From Alphaproteobacteria bacterium (GTDB lineage: Bacteria; Pseudomonadota; Alphaproteobacteria; GCA-2731375), in assembly GCA_965232515.1 (NCBI GenBank), contig CBDDPY010000002.1, positions 448,001-512,000 on the forward strand: a stretch of 64,000 bases of DNA. The letters are read 5' to 3'. The position numbers and the translations under genes are program-made. The notes beneath the pieces are model-generated. The model saw only the letters and a list, made by a program, of their open reading frames with translations. It did not search any database and had not been told where the DNA came from. The stretch's first letter is position 1, and every line of letters starts with the position of its first letter. Positions 35,470 through 42,862 of this stretch are shown here, in pieces.

Positions 35470-36203
35470 TCGGTGCCTGATGCCGTGCCTGATATGGTCC
35501 CCTGAAGATCGAGCCGGAGCGGCCGATCGATGGCTATTTCCCCTGTTGTCATCTTACAGCAATAACTAATCGCCTCAACGCCGTTGCCAAGGGCGCGCTT
35601 CAGCGTTTCGTCATAGACCGGGTCGATGTCGGCGGCCATGCGCACCCGGTCGCAGTCGCCGCGCTGGACCAGGTAGACCATGACCGCGCGGTGGCCCGAC
35701 GCCACCATCTCGGCCAGCTCGTCCAGATGCTTGGCGCCGCGCGCCGTGACCGAATCCGGAAACTCGGCCAGGCCCGGCTCGCGCATCAGGTGCACGTTCT
35801 TCACCTCGACATAACAGGCCGGCCGCCCGGCGTCCGTCAGCAGGATGTCGATGCGCGAATTGCGGCCGTACTTCACCTCGCGCTTCAGATCGTCATAGCC
35901 CGCTAACTCCGGGATCGCGCCCGTCCGGATGCCTTCGGCCACCAGCCCGTTCGGATGGCTGGTGTTGATGCCGACCAGGCCACCGTCGGCCCGGATCAGC
36001 TCCCAGGTGTATTTCAGCTTGCGGTTCGGGTTCCGCGCCAGCGACAGCCAGACCTCCGCGCCCGGTTCCTGCACGCCCAGCATCGAGCCCGAATTGGCGC
36101 AATGGGCCGTCACGATCTCGCCGCCTTCGAGCTCGACGTCGGCCATAAAGCGCTTGTACCGCCGGACCAGTCGGCCCGGCAGAAGGGGATCGGCAAATTG
36201 CAT
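35466..36203 (-). CDS. sfsA: SfsA nuclease family protein
   Basis: [46 protein letters not shown]. Confidence 0.93.
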   Translation of the reverse strand: MQFADPLLPGRLVRRYKRFMADVELEGGEIVTAHCANSGSMLGVQEPGAEVWLSLARNPNRKLKYTWELIRADGGLVGINTSHPNGLVAEGIRTGAIPELAGYDDLKREVKYGRNSRIDILLTDAGRPACYVEVKNVHLMREPGLAEFPDSVTARGAKHLDELAEMVASGHRAVMVYLVQRGDCDRVRMAADIDPVYDETLKRALGNGVEAISYCCKMTTGEIAIDRPLRLDLQGTISGTASGTE

Positions 36204-36265
36204 CCTGGGCTAATTATGCCCTGTCGGATGCCGACGCAAGCCTTGGACGTTCTCGGGCCCCCGTT

Positions 36266-36643
36266 TCACCCGGATCGTGAGAATGCCATCAGCGCGACGG
36301 CGACGATCAGCAGGCCCGCGCCGATGGCGTCGGCCACGATCAGATTGCGAATGGCCGGACCGAACGCCGGCGCCGGCAGGGCGATGGCGATGAAGCCCAG
36401 CATGCTGACCAAGCCGGCGATGATCGCGGCGGCCCGGAGCGCCGGATAGAACGCCGAGGCGATGATCAGCGCGCCCAGCAGGCCGAACAGCAGGGCCCGG
36501 TGCCGCATCAGGATGCCAAGATCGCCCTGATCGATCGTGACGCCGTACATCGCTTGCAGCCGCGCCACCGAAACGATGCCGACGACGGGCGCGAAGTTCA
36601 GCAGGCCGACGGCGACGAGAAGCGCCATGATCGCGTATTTCAT
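36266..36643 (-). CDS. Small 4-TM membrane protein, hypothetical
   Basis: Hydrophobic helices and an ILMRHRALLFGLLG motif. Start uncertain (36643/36652). Confidence 0.7.
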   Translation of the reverse strand: MKYAIMALLVAVGLLNFAPVVGIVSVARLQAMYGVTIDQGDLGILMRHRALLFGLLGALIIASAFYPALRAAAIIAGLVSMLGFIAIALPAPAFGPAIRNLIVADAIGAGLLIVAVALMAFSRSG

Positions 36644-36821
36644 GCGGGTCATTCGCCTTTGCAACGCGGTTGAGTTCTCGGCGAGCCTCGCCCGACCGCC
36701 GGCGCGCGGCAATTACCTCCGGCGTAATCGCTTTGCGGCCGTCAGTCTTTATGGCGATGCAGGCGGCCCGACCGGATGCTATACAGGGCTCGCCAATTCC
36801 AACATCGCGTGACGAGCATCC

Positions 36822-37595
36822 ATGTCGACATCCGCTGACGTCGTAACCGCCTGCCTGATCATTATCGGCGACGAGATCCTCTCGGGCCGCACCAAGGACA
36901 AGAACCTGGCGTATCTGGCCGAGAAGCTGAACGAGACGGGCGTGCGGCTGTCCGAATGCCGCGTGGTGCCCGACATCGAGGCCGAGATCGTCGCCGCCGT
37001 GAACGCCTGTCGGGCCAAGTTCGACTACGTCTTCACCACCGGCGGCATCGGCCCGACGCACGACGACATCACCGCCGACAGCGTCGCGGCCGCCTTCGGC
37101 GTCGGCATCGACTACCACCCGGAAGCCATGGCGCTCCTGCAGGCGCACTACGACAAGACCGGCATGGAGTTCAACGAGTCCCGCAAGCGCATGGCCCGCG
37201 TTCCTGACGGGGCCGAGCTGATCGACAACCCCGTCAGCAAGGCGCCCGGCTTTCAGATCGAGAATGTCTTCGTGCTGGCCGGCGTGCCGGCGATCATGCA
37301 AGCCATGTTCGAGAGCCTGCGGCACAAGCTGGTCGGCGGCAAGCCGGTGCGCTCGGTCGCCATCGCCGTCTATCTCGGCGAGGGCATCATGGCCCCCGGC
37401 CTCGGCGCCCTGCAGGAGAAGTATCCCGACGTCGCCATGGGCTCCTATCCCTTCTACCGCGACGGCCGCTTCGGCACCTCGATCGTCAGCCGCTCCCCCG
37501 ACGAGGAGCGCTTAGCCGACGCCGCCGACGAAATCCGCGCCCTCATGCGCGACCTCGGCGGCGAACCCATCGACGACGAAAACAGCCCGGCCTGA
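36822..37595 (+). CDS. CinA-like molybdopterin-binding domain protein
   Basis: IIGDEILSGRTKDKN, TTGGIGPTHDDIT, NPVSKAPGF, LAGVP. Confidence 0.9.
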   Translation: MSTSADVVTACLIIIGDEILSGRTKDKNLAYLAEKLNETGVRLSECRVVPDIEAEIVAAVNACRAKFDYVFTTGGIGPTHDDITADSVAAAFGVGIDYHPEAMALLQAHYDKTGMEFNESRKRMARVPDGAELIDNPVSKAPGFQIENVFVLAGVPAIMQAMFESLRHKLVGGKPVRSVAIAVYLGEGIMAPGLGALQEKYPDVAMGSYPFYRDGRFGTSIVSRSPDEERLADAADEIRALMRDLGGEPIDDENSPA

Positions 37596-37623
37596 GGCCA
37601 CCTCTCACTCCCCGCCCTACCGG

Positions 37624-37690
37624 GTCATCCTGGCGCCGGCCAGGATCCATTGGGAATCAGCCGTTGATGCTGGCCGTCGCCAGCATGACG
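37624..37690. repeat. Degenerate REP-like family 2 doublet
   Basis: gtcatcctggcgccggccaggatcca (37624-37649) and gatgctggccgtcgccagcatgacg (37666-37690). Confidence 0.6.
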
Positions 37691-37797
37691 GAAATGCGAG
37701 AGTAACTCTGGTGCGAGATGCACCCGACGATTTCCCTCTCCCCTCGCCAACGCGGACGGGTAGGGTGGAGTGCCGATTCCGAATACCGCGTTCCCGT

Positions 37798-37837
37798 GCC
37801 CGCCTGGCGGAATTGGTGGACGCAGGGGACCTTAAAA
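37798..37837 (+). other. Orphan 5' half of a tRNA-Leu(TAA)-like sequence
   Basis: gcccgcc-tg-gcgg-aattggtgga-cgc-a-ggggac-cttaaaa gives an acceptor 5' strand, D-arm and anticodon loop, after which similarity stops. No matching 3' half seen. Confidence 0.75.
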
Positions 37838-37895
37838 GGCTACAGCACCTGCTGCACTAACACGACATTGACCGTCACGACTTGCAACCGCGAAC

Positions 37896-37984
37896 GCCCA
37901 CTTGGCGGAATTGGCAGACGCAACGGGCTTAAAACCCGTAGGTCCGAAAGGACCGTCCCGGTTCGAGTCCGGGAGTGGGCACCA
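37896..37984 (+). tRNA. tRNA-Leu, anticodon TAA
   Basis: Acceptor GCCCACT/AGTGGGC plus A-CCA; D-loop TGGCAGA; anticodon stem ACGGG-CTTAAAA-CCCGT; long variable arm GGTCC-GAAA-GGACC; T-arm CCCGG-TTCGAGT-CCGGG. Confidence 0.96.
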
Positions 37985-38250
37985 CAACGCGGTCGACCTG
38001 AAGGTTGGCTTTCGGCCGAATCTAACCATCGGGGTAACTCCGCCACGACTAGGTCGCTTCAGTTGAAGTCGCTACTCCATAGTCCAAGTGATTCTCTGCA
38101 TCCTCTAGTCATTTTAGAATATACGGTGTTGAATGTGTCTTATGATTGAGTTAATATATCTCAAACCTACTTTTCTAAACTAGAATCGAATTCTGAAGGC
38201 GCTAACTTTGCTATTAATTGAGTGCAGTCCTTTCAACTAAGGAGGGTCGA

Positions 38251-38478
38251 ATGTCTCACAACGAGTATGAAGTCGAATTCACCGTCCGCGCTAGGGACGA
38301 GAGCGGAGAAATGAAGATGCTTGGTTGCGGATGCGGTTGTTCTCTTAACGGAAGTGTTTCTGTAACGAATACTAGGATCGTTGATATCAACCTTGAGGGT
38401 GGTGAGATACAAGTTATGCAATCATCCGTTGATAAGTATCTCAAAACCAAAAAGAAAAAAAATAAGAGAAGAAATTGA
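38251..38478 (+). CDS. 75-aa Cys-motif (GCGCGC) peptide, putative RiPP precursor / radical SAM target
   Basis: AAGGAGG 5 nt upstream of ATG 38251; its TGA overlaps the TTG start of the radical SAM gene; same AT-rich composition as that gene. Confidence 0.72.
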   Translation: MSHNEYEVEFTVRARDESGEMKMLGCGCGCSLNGSVSVTNTRIVDINLEGGEIQVMQSSVDKYLKTKKKKNKRRN

Positions 38479-39848
38479 CCAAGTTCCTTATTCGGAAGGA
38501 ACCATTTGGCGGTGTTGTTTGCAATACGTCGGACAACGACAATGTTCTGTTCGTAAACGCGAAAGCGTATAGCGTCATTAGCGCTATATCTGAACGGAAA
38601 ACCGATCCGGAGATAATTGCACAACTTCAGTCAGCATATGAGAGCTTGCCAGCTAGAAAGTGCCTTTCATTCATATCAAGATATCGCAGGTTGTTCACAG
38701 AACCAAGTGAATGGAATCTTTTTCTCGAGATTGGAGATGAGGACAGCGCGGTCAATTGCGACGCGAAGCGAGCGCCAGCACTGCACATGCCTCTTGATTT
38801 CTATTGGGAAACGACCAGGAAGTGTAATCTTCGTTGCTTGCACTGTTACAACAACTCAGGGCCCTCTGGCGCGCACCCCAACAAGCAACAAATCGAAAAG
38901 GTGTTCGAAGACCTTGATGGGGTATCCCTTCGGACTGTCACTATCTCCGGAGGAGAGGCCCTATTGCGAAAGGATATCCGCGAGATTGTTGAGCGTATGA
39001 GAAAGCAGACGTTCTGTCTCGTGTTGGGCACTAATGGAACGCTAATCAACGATCAAAATGCGGATTGGATAGCCGACAACTGTAACTATGTGAATCTTAG
39101 TCTAGATGCGCCATTCGCCAAAGAATACGACGCTTTTAGAGGAAAAACTGGCTCTTTTTTGGAATGTGAATCCGGTCTAAGGAAATTGCTTTGCCGCGAT
39201 GTTAACATAGTAGCTCAGACGACGATTTCGAAGTACAACATAAACTCTCTGGAAAAACTAGCAGATTTCCTACTTGACTGTGGAGTGTCTCAGTGGTCAT
39301 GTAGATTCCCGTTCTTTACTGGAAACATAAATAATAATAAAGATGTATTCTTGAATAAAAACGAGCAATTATTGTGCCAAAATATTATCGAAAGTGTGTA
39401 CGAAAAATACAAGGCTGAATTTGTTGACCTAGCTCTTGGTCTCAGCATTCCTTGGTCTTATGAAAAGCCGTATCAGAAATTGACCAATAAGAACCGGCAC
39501 GTCTCATGTGCTGCCGGCACTGTCTTGGCCGTACTCCATGCTGATGGAACTATGGCCCCGTGCCAACTTTTCTCTGAGACAGACAATAAGTCGGACCCAA
39601 TTTGGGAATCTAGCATTTACGATCAGTGGCATAATGCAAAATGCTTTGTAGATATGCGCAACATCGAGTTAAAGGAGTTATCGCCCTGTTGGACCTGCTC
39701 GAATGCCAATGCCGGTTGCGGAGGTGGCTGCCGAGCCAGAGCCTATATCAAAGATGGACATTTGTACGGGTCTGACTCTGAATGCGGCTATCGCCCAGAG
39801 AATGCGATCTCCAAAGACGATATTTGTGGACGGCCAGCAGAGCGCTGA
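38475..39848 (+). CDS. Radical SAM/SPASM peptide maturase with probable N-terminal RRE (PqqD/MftB-like) domain
   Basis: CNLRCLHC (CxxxCxxC), SGGEALLR, GTNGTL, SLDA; SPASM C-x12-G-x4-C ... CxxC-x6-C-x3-C ... C; N-terminal IRKEPFGGVV. Confidence 0.9.
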   Translation: MTKFLIRKEPFGGVVCNTSDNDNVLFVNAKAYSVISAISERKTDPEIIAQLQSAYESLPARKCLSFISRYRRLFTEPSEWNLFLEIGDEDSAVNCDAKRAPALHMPLDFYWETTRKCNLRCLHCYNNSGPSGAHPNKQQIEKVFEDLDGVSLRTVTISGGEALLRKDIREIVERMRKQTFCLVLGTNGTLINDQNADWIADNCNYVNLSLDAPFAKEYDAFRGKTGSFLECESGLRKLLCRDVNIVAQTTISKYNINSLEKLADFLLDCGVSQWSCRFPFFTGNINNNKDVFLNKNEQLLCQNIIESVYEKYKAEFVDLALGLSIPWSYEKPYQKLTNKNRHVSCAAGTVLAVLHADGTMAPCQLFSETDNKSDPIWESSIYDQWHNAKCFVDMRNIELKELSPCWTCSNANAGCGGGCRARAYIKDGHLYGSDSECGYRPENAISKDDICGRPAER

Positions 39849-39980
39849 GATCTTGACTCCGTGTTCGGCATGACGCTGCTCGCGTGGACATCCGCAAGGC
39901 AGAAACAGCTGGCTGAAGAGGAAGATCGCTCATGATCCGCGCCGAGCTCGAACAGAAGCGTTGGAGTCAGATTGAGTATT

Positions 39981-40141
39981 GGGGTCTGCCTCGAAACTCA
40001 TGCTGGCCGGGCCAAGCGGCGGGTGAGCAGCACAGCGGAGGCGGCGTAGTGCAAAGCCTCGGCTGCGGCGATGGTGCCTTTGAACTGCTTCGCCTGACTT
40101 CGGTTGCAGTTGATCCCAGTGAAGAAGTGCTTGACCACCCA
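39981..40141 (-). mobile_element. IS5-family (IS1031-like) transposase 3' remnant with terminal sequence
   Basis: WVVKHFFTGINCNRSQAKQFKGTIAAAEALHYAASAVLLTRRLARPA* resembles the IS5/IS1031 C-terminus WVVER-FAWI-RNRRLAKDFE-TI-SAEA-LY-AS--LL-RRLAR. The stop is followed by an IR-like tttcgaggcagacccc. Confidence 0.75.
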
Positions 40142-40142
40142 G

Positions 40143-40399
40143 CAGGATGAAGACCGCGACGATGTCGATGCCAGTGGCGTCGTGCCGTATGGACAACGAT
40201 GTATGGTAGGCAATGGATCACGATTTCCCATGTGCCACGAACCTGCCCGGCCGACCGGCCTCTGGAAAACGCTCCAAGCGTTCAATCGAACGAAACACGC
40301 GTTCGGTGACTGAGCGCGCCGCATCGGGTTTCTTTCTGCGATGTAGTCGCGGATGTTGGCGAGGTCGCTGACCGCAGACAGCTGCCACCGAATTCGTAC
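40143..40399 (-). pseudogene. RelE/ParE-family toxin, frameshifted and 3'-truncated
   Basis: Pieces in successive frames: RIRWQLSAVSDLANIRDYIAERNP / DAARSVTERVFRSIERLERFPEAGRPGR / IHCLPYIVV / RHDATGIDIVAVF. Confidence 0.8.
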
Positions 40400-40410
40400 G
40401 CGGTCCAATG

Positions 40411-40617
40411 CTAAAAGAACGCGCGAACGTCCGCGTGTGTCGCGTAGGCGGCTGGTTCATTGAGGCGGCGGTTGACCTCGGCGACCTGGTCGGGGCTGAG
40501 CTGGAAGCTCGTCGGATCCTGCTCGGCCAGGCTCATCAACAGATCGGCCGCTTCGTCCTGGCGATCTTCCGGCAGGGCGCGGATTTTGACAATCGCCTGC
40601 TCAAGTCGTTTAGTCAT
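40411..40617 (-). CDS. Putative addiction-module antitoxin (68 aa)
   Basis: MTKRLEQAIVKIRALPEDRQDEAADLLMSLAEQD...QLSPDQVAEVNRRL...ATHADVRAFF, directly upstream of the ParE relic. Confidence 0.7.
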   Translation of the reverse strand: MTKRLEQAIVKIRALPEDRQDEAADLLMSLAEQDPTSFQLSPDQVAEVNRRLNEPAAYATHADVRAFF

Positions 40618-40673
40618 GCGGTGATTACAACGGTCAACCGGCTGGACGGCGAGGCGACAGACGAGCAAGCCGG

Positions 40674-41318
40674 TCAGCGGCCAGAGAGACGAGTCCGCGG
40701 ACATCGCTGATCGCGGACGGTCCGTGCCCCACGCCGCCGCCGCTGCGTGACAGCGATGCCGGCGACACCCACCGAGAACAGCAGCAGGGCGCCCGGCGTG
40801 GGCACCTGTACCGCGTCTTTGTTCCAGATCCCGGGGCTGTCGGTGTTGGATGCGCCGACAACCACGAAGAGCGCGATGTCGACAACCTGATCGGGTGTGC
40901 AATCGACGAAGCCGAGCGTGAGCGTTACTCCCGGCGCATTGCAGGTCAGCAGGAGCGTCAGGATCGAATCGTCGAACGCCAGGGCGCCCCAATTCACGAT
41001 CTCGAGCTGGTCGTCGAAGTCGAACGAGAAATCCGAGACGACGCCGGGCGTCGTGCTGCTGATCGTCAAGGGGCCAACGTCCGTCGATACGGCCAGCGAA
41101 AAGGCAGCAACGTCGGTCTTGTTGGTCTCGCCCGGCGTCGGCAGCGTGGCGAATTCGACAAAGCCGCTGATACGGTCGTCGGTGTCGATCGGCAGGCCGT
41201 CGGAAATCGTGTCGAAGCCGTTGCCGACATAGTTGTAGATAACCGCCCCCTGGGCATGAAACGCCAGGCCGACAGCGGCCGTCAGGGCGCACGTCAGCGC
41301 CATTACGTGTCTGATCAC
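40674..41318 (-). CDS. Secreted PEP-CTERM-type (VPTPG) surface protein
   Basis: GTG after GGAGG; signal peptide; acidic Thr/Asp-rich body; C-terminal VPTPG, TM helix, RRRR. Confidence 0.8.
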   Translation of the reverse strand: MIRHVMALTCALTAAVGLAFHAQGAVIYNYVGNGFDTISDGLPIDTDDRISGFVEFATLPTPGETNKTDVAAFSLAVSTDVGPLTISSTTPGVVSDFSFDFDDQLEIVNWGALAFDDSILTLLLTCNAPGVTLTLGFVDCTPDQVVDIALFVVVGASNTDSPGIWNKDAVQVPTPGALLLFSVGVAGIAVTQRRRRGARTVRDQRCPRTRLSGR

Positions 41319-41465
41319 CGGAGCCTCCGTTGTTCTAATTCTCCCGTCGTCGGCGCGGCTTTCGATTCTTAGGCACGGCCATGTTTCAGTTCGATGTCCG
41401 CCCATCCCCCACAAGATGTTTTCCATCGGCCCCTCGCGCTATAACGGAGGCAGGAGGACATCAGC

Positions 41466-42317
41466 ATGAATCTTGCCGATCGTGACCGGCTCGGCCGGCT
41501 TCATCCCGAGACCGTGGAGGTCGTTGACGGCCTGCGTTGGGGCGTGATCGACACCGGGCCGGCGCCGTCCGGCACGACGCTGTTGTTGCTGCCCGGCACG
41601 CTGGGGCGGGCCGATATCTTCTGGCAGCAGATCCTGGCGCTCAAGGACCGCGTGCGGGTGCTGGCGGTGACTTATCCGCGCAACGCCGATCTCGACCGGT
41701 GGGTCGCCTGCCTCGTGCGACTGCTCGACCGCCGGCATATCGCGCAAGCGACCGTACTCGGCTCGTCGCTCGGCGGCTATCTGGCGCAACTCTTCGCCGC
41801 CCGCCGGCCCGAGCGGACCGTCAGCCTGATCGCCGCCAATACCCTGTCGTCGACGGCGGGGATCGCCGACCGGCCGCCATACTCGGCCGACATCGCGGCG
41901 CTGTCGGTCGCGGCCATGCGGCGCGGCTACCGCGACCGGCTGGAGGCGTGGGGCGTGGCGCATCCCGAACAGGCGGGGCTGGTGACGCTATTGCTGGCCG
42001 AGGTCGACGGTCGTATTCCGGCCGGGCATCTGAAGGCGCGGATGCAGGCGCTCAAGGTCGCGCCGCCACTGCCGCGGATCAGCCTGGCGTCGGAACGGAT
42101 CGCCATCGTCGAGTGCGCGGACGATCCGATCGTACCGGCGCCGATCCGGGAAAGCGTGCATGCCCATCTCGATGCCGGCGTCTGCTACCGGTTCCGCCAC
42201 GGCGGGCACTTCCCTTATTTGGTGCGGCCTGACGAATACACGACAATATTGTCCGAGCGGCTCGGGCTTGCCGAAGGCGCGTCGGTCTGGGGCGAAGGGC
42301 GGGAGAGGGCGGCCTAG
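41466..42317 (+). CDS. Alpha/beta hydrolase (maspardin-like)
   Basis: LLPGTLGRADIFWQQILAL, GSSLGG nucleophile elbow, DDP, GGHFPYL. AGGAGG SD. Confidence 0.8.
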   Translation: MNLADRDRLGRLHPETVEVVDGLRWGVIDTGPAPSGTTLLLLPGTLGRADIFWQQILALKDRVRVLAVTYPRNADLDRWVACLVRLLDRRHIAQATVLGSSLGGYLAQLFAARRPERTVSLIAANTLSSTAGIADRPPYSADIAALSVAAMRRGYRDRLEAWGVAHPEQAGLVTLLLAEVDGRIPAGHLKARMQALKVAPPLPRISLASERIAIVECADDPIVPAPIRESVHAHLDAGVCYRFRHGGHFPYLVRPDEYTTILSERLGLAEGASVWGEGRERAA

Positions 42318-42326
42318 GCGGCGACG

Positions 42327-42827
42327 TCAGCTCTCGACGGGCTCGGCGACGGCGCGGTCCTGCTCCCAGCCCTCGTGCTGCAGCACGATGCGCTCGATTG
42401 CGACCTCGTTGCCGTTCGCGTCCAGCTCGGGCAGGGCTTCGAACTCCGAAACCCAGGCACGGAAGATCATATAGCTCAGCACCACGTTGCCCTGCTGATT
42501 CAGGAGGTCGATACGCAGGTCCTTGCGGAAGTTTTTCAACGACATCGCCCCGTCCCCCTGCGGACTGTAGGCCAGCTCGGCCCAGTCGCGGAACGTCGTG
42601 TCGTGGGTGATGCCGCGCTCCAGCACGATGGGATCGAACGATGTCGCGCCCGGCGCCGTCAGCAGGTGGCTCGGCATGCGGCCGTCGCGGTGCAGCACCA
42701 CTTCCGTGCGCCGGCGCAGGCCGCCGATACGCGAGACGCCGGCGACGACATCGCCGTCCAGGATTAGCTGGAACTTGAAGCTCTTATAAGGATCGAGGCG
42801 ATGCGGGTTCGCGGGAAACGGGACCAT
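42327..42827 (-). CDS. Contractile tail tube protein (T4 gp19 / eCIS Afp1-5-like)
   Basis: RLDPYKSFKF, VAGVSRIGGL, EVV-HRDG, PG...IVLERGIT, FRKDLRIDLLN, RAWVSEF, LDA...VAIERIVLQHEG. Start at ATG 42827. Confidence 0.9.
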   Translation of the reverse strand: MVPFPANPHRLDPYKSFKFQLILDGDVVAGVSRIGGLRRRTEVVLHRDGRMPSHLLTAPGATSFDPIVLERGITHDTTFRDWAELAYSPQGDGAMSLKNFRKDLRIDLLNQQGNVVLSYMIFRAWVSEFEALPELDANGNEVAIERIVLQHEGWEQDRAVAEPVES

Positions 42828-42862
42828 GAATATGCTCCATTCCTGTCGACGGCCGTGCGTCG

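Noticed and set aside
37798-37984. Group I intron in tRNA-Leu(UAA)
   Set aside because: The break is after the whole anticodon loop rather than within the anticodon, no matching 3' exon is present, and no P7 core was recognisable.
37718-38149. ORFs overlapping the tRNA region
   Set aside because: They span a tRNA and structured non-coding sequence and lack protein-like features.
38251-39848. Mycofactocin or PQQ cluster
   Set aside because: The peptide lacks MftA/PqqA core motifs and no mftDEF or pqqBC genes are adjacent.
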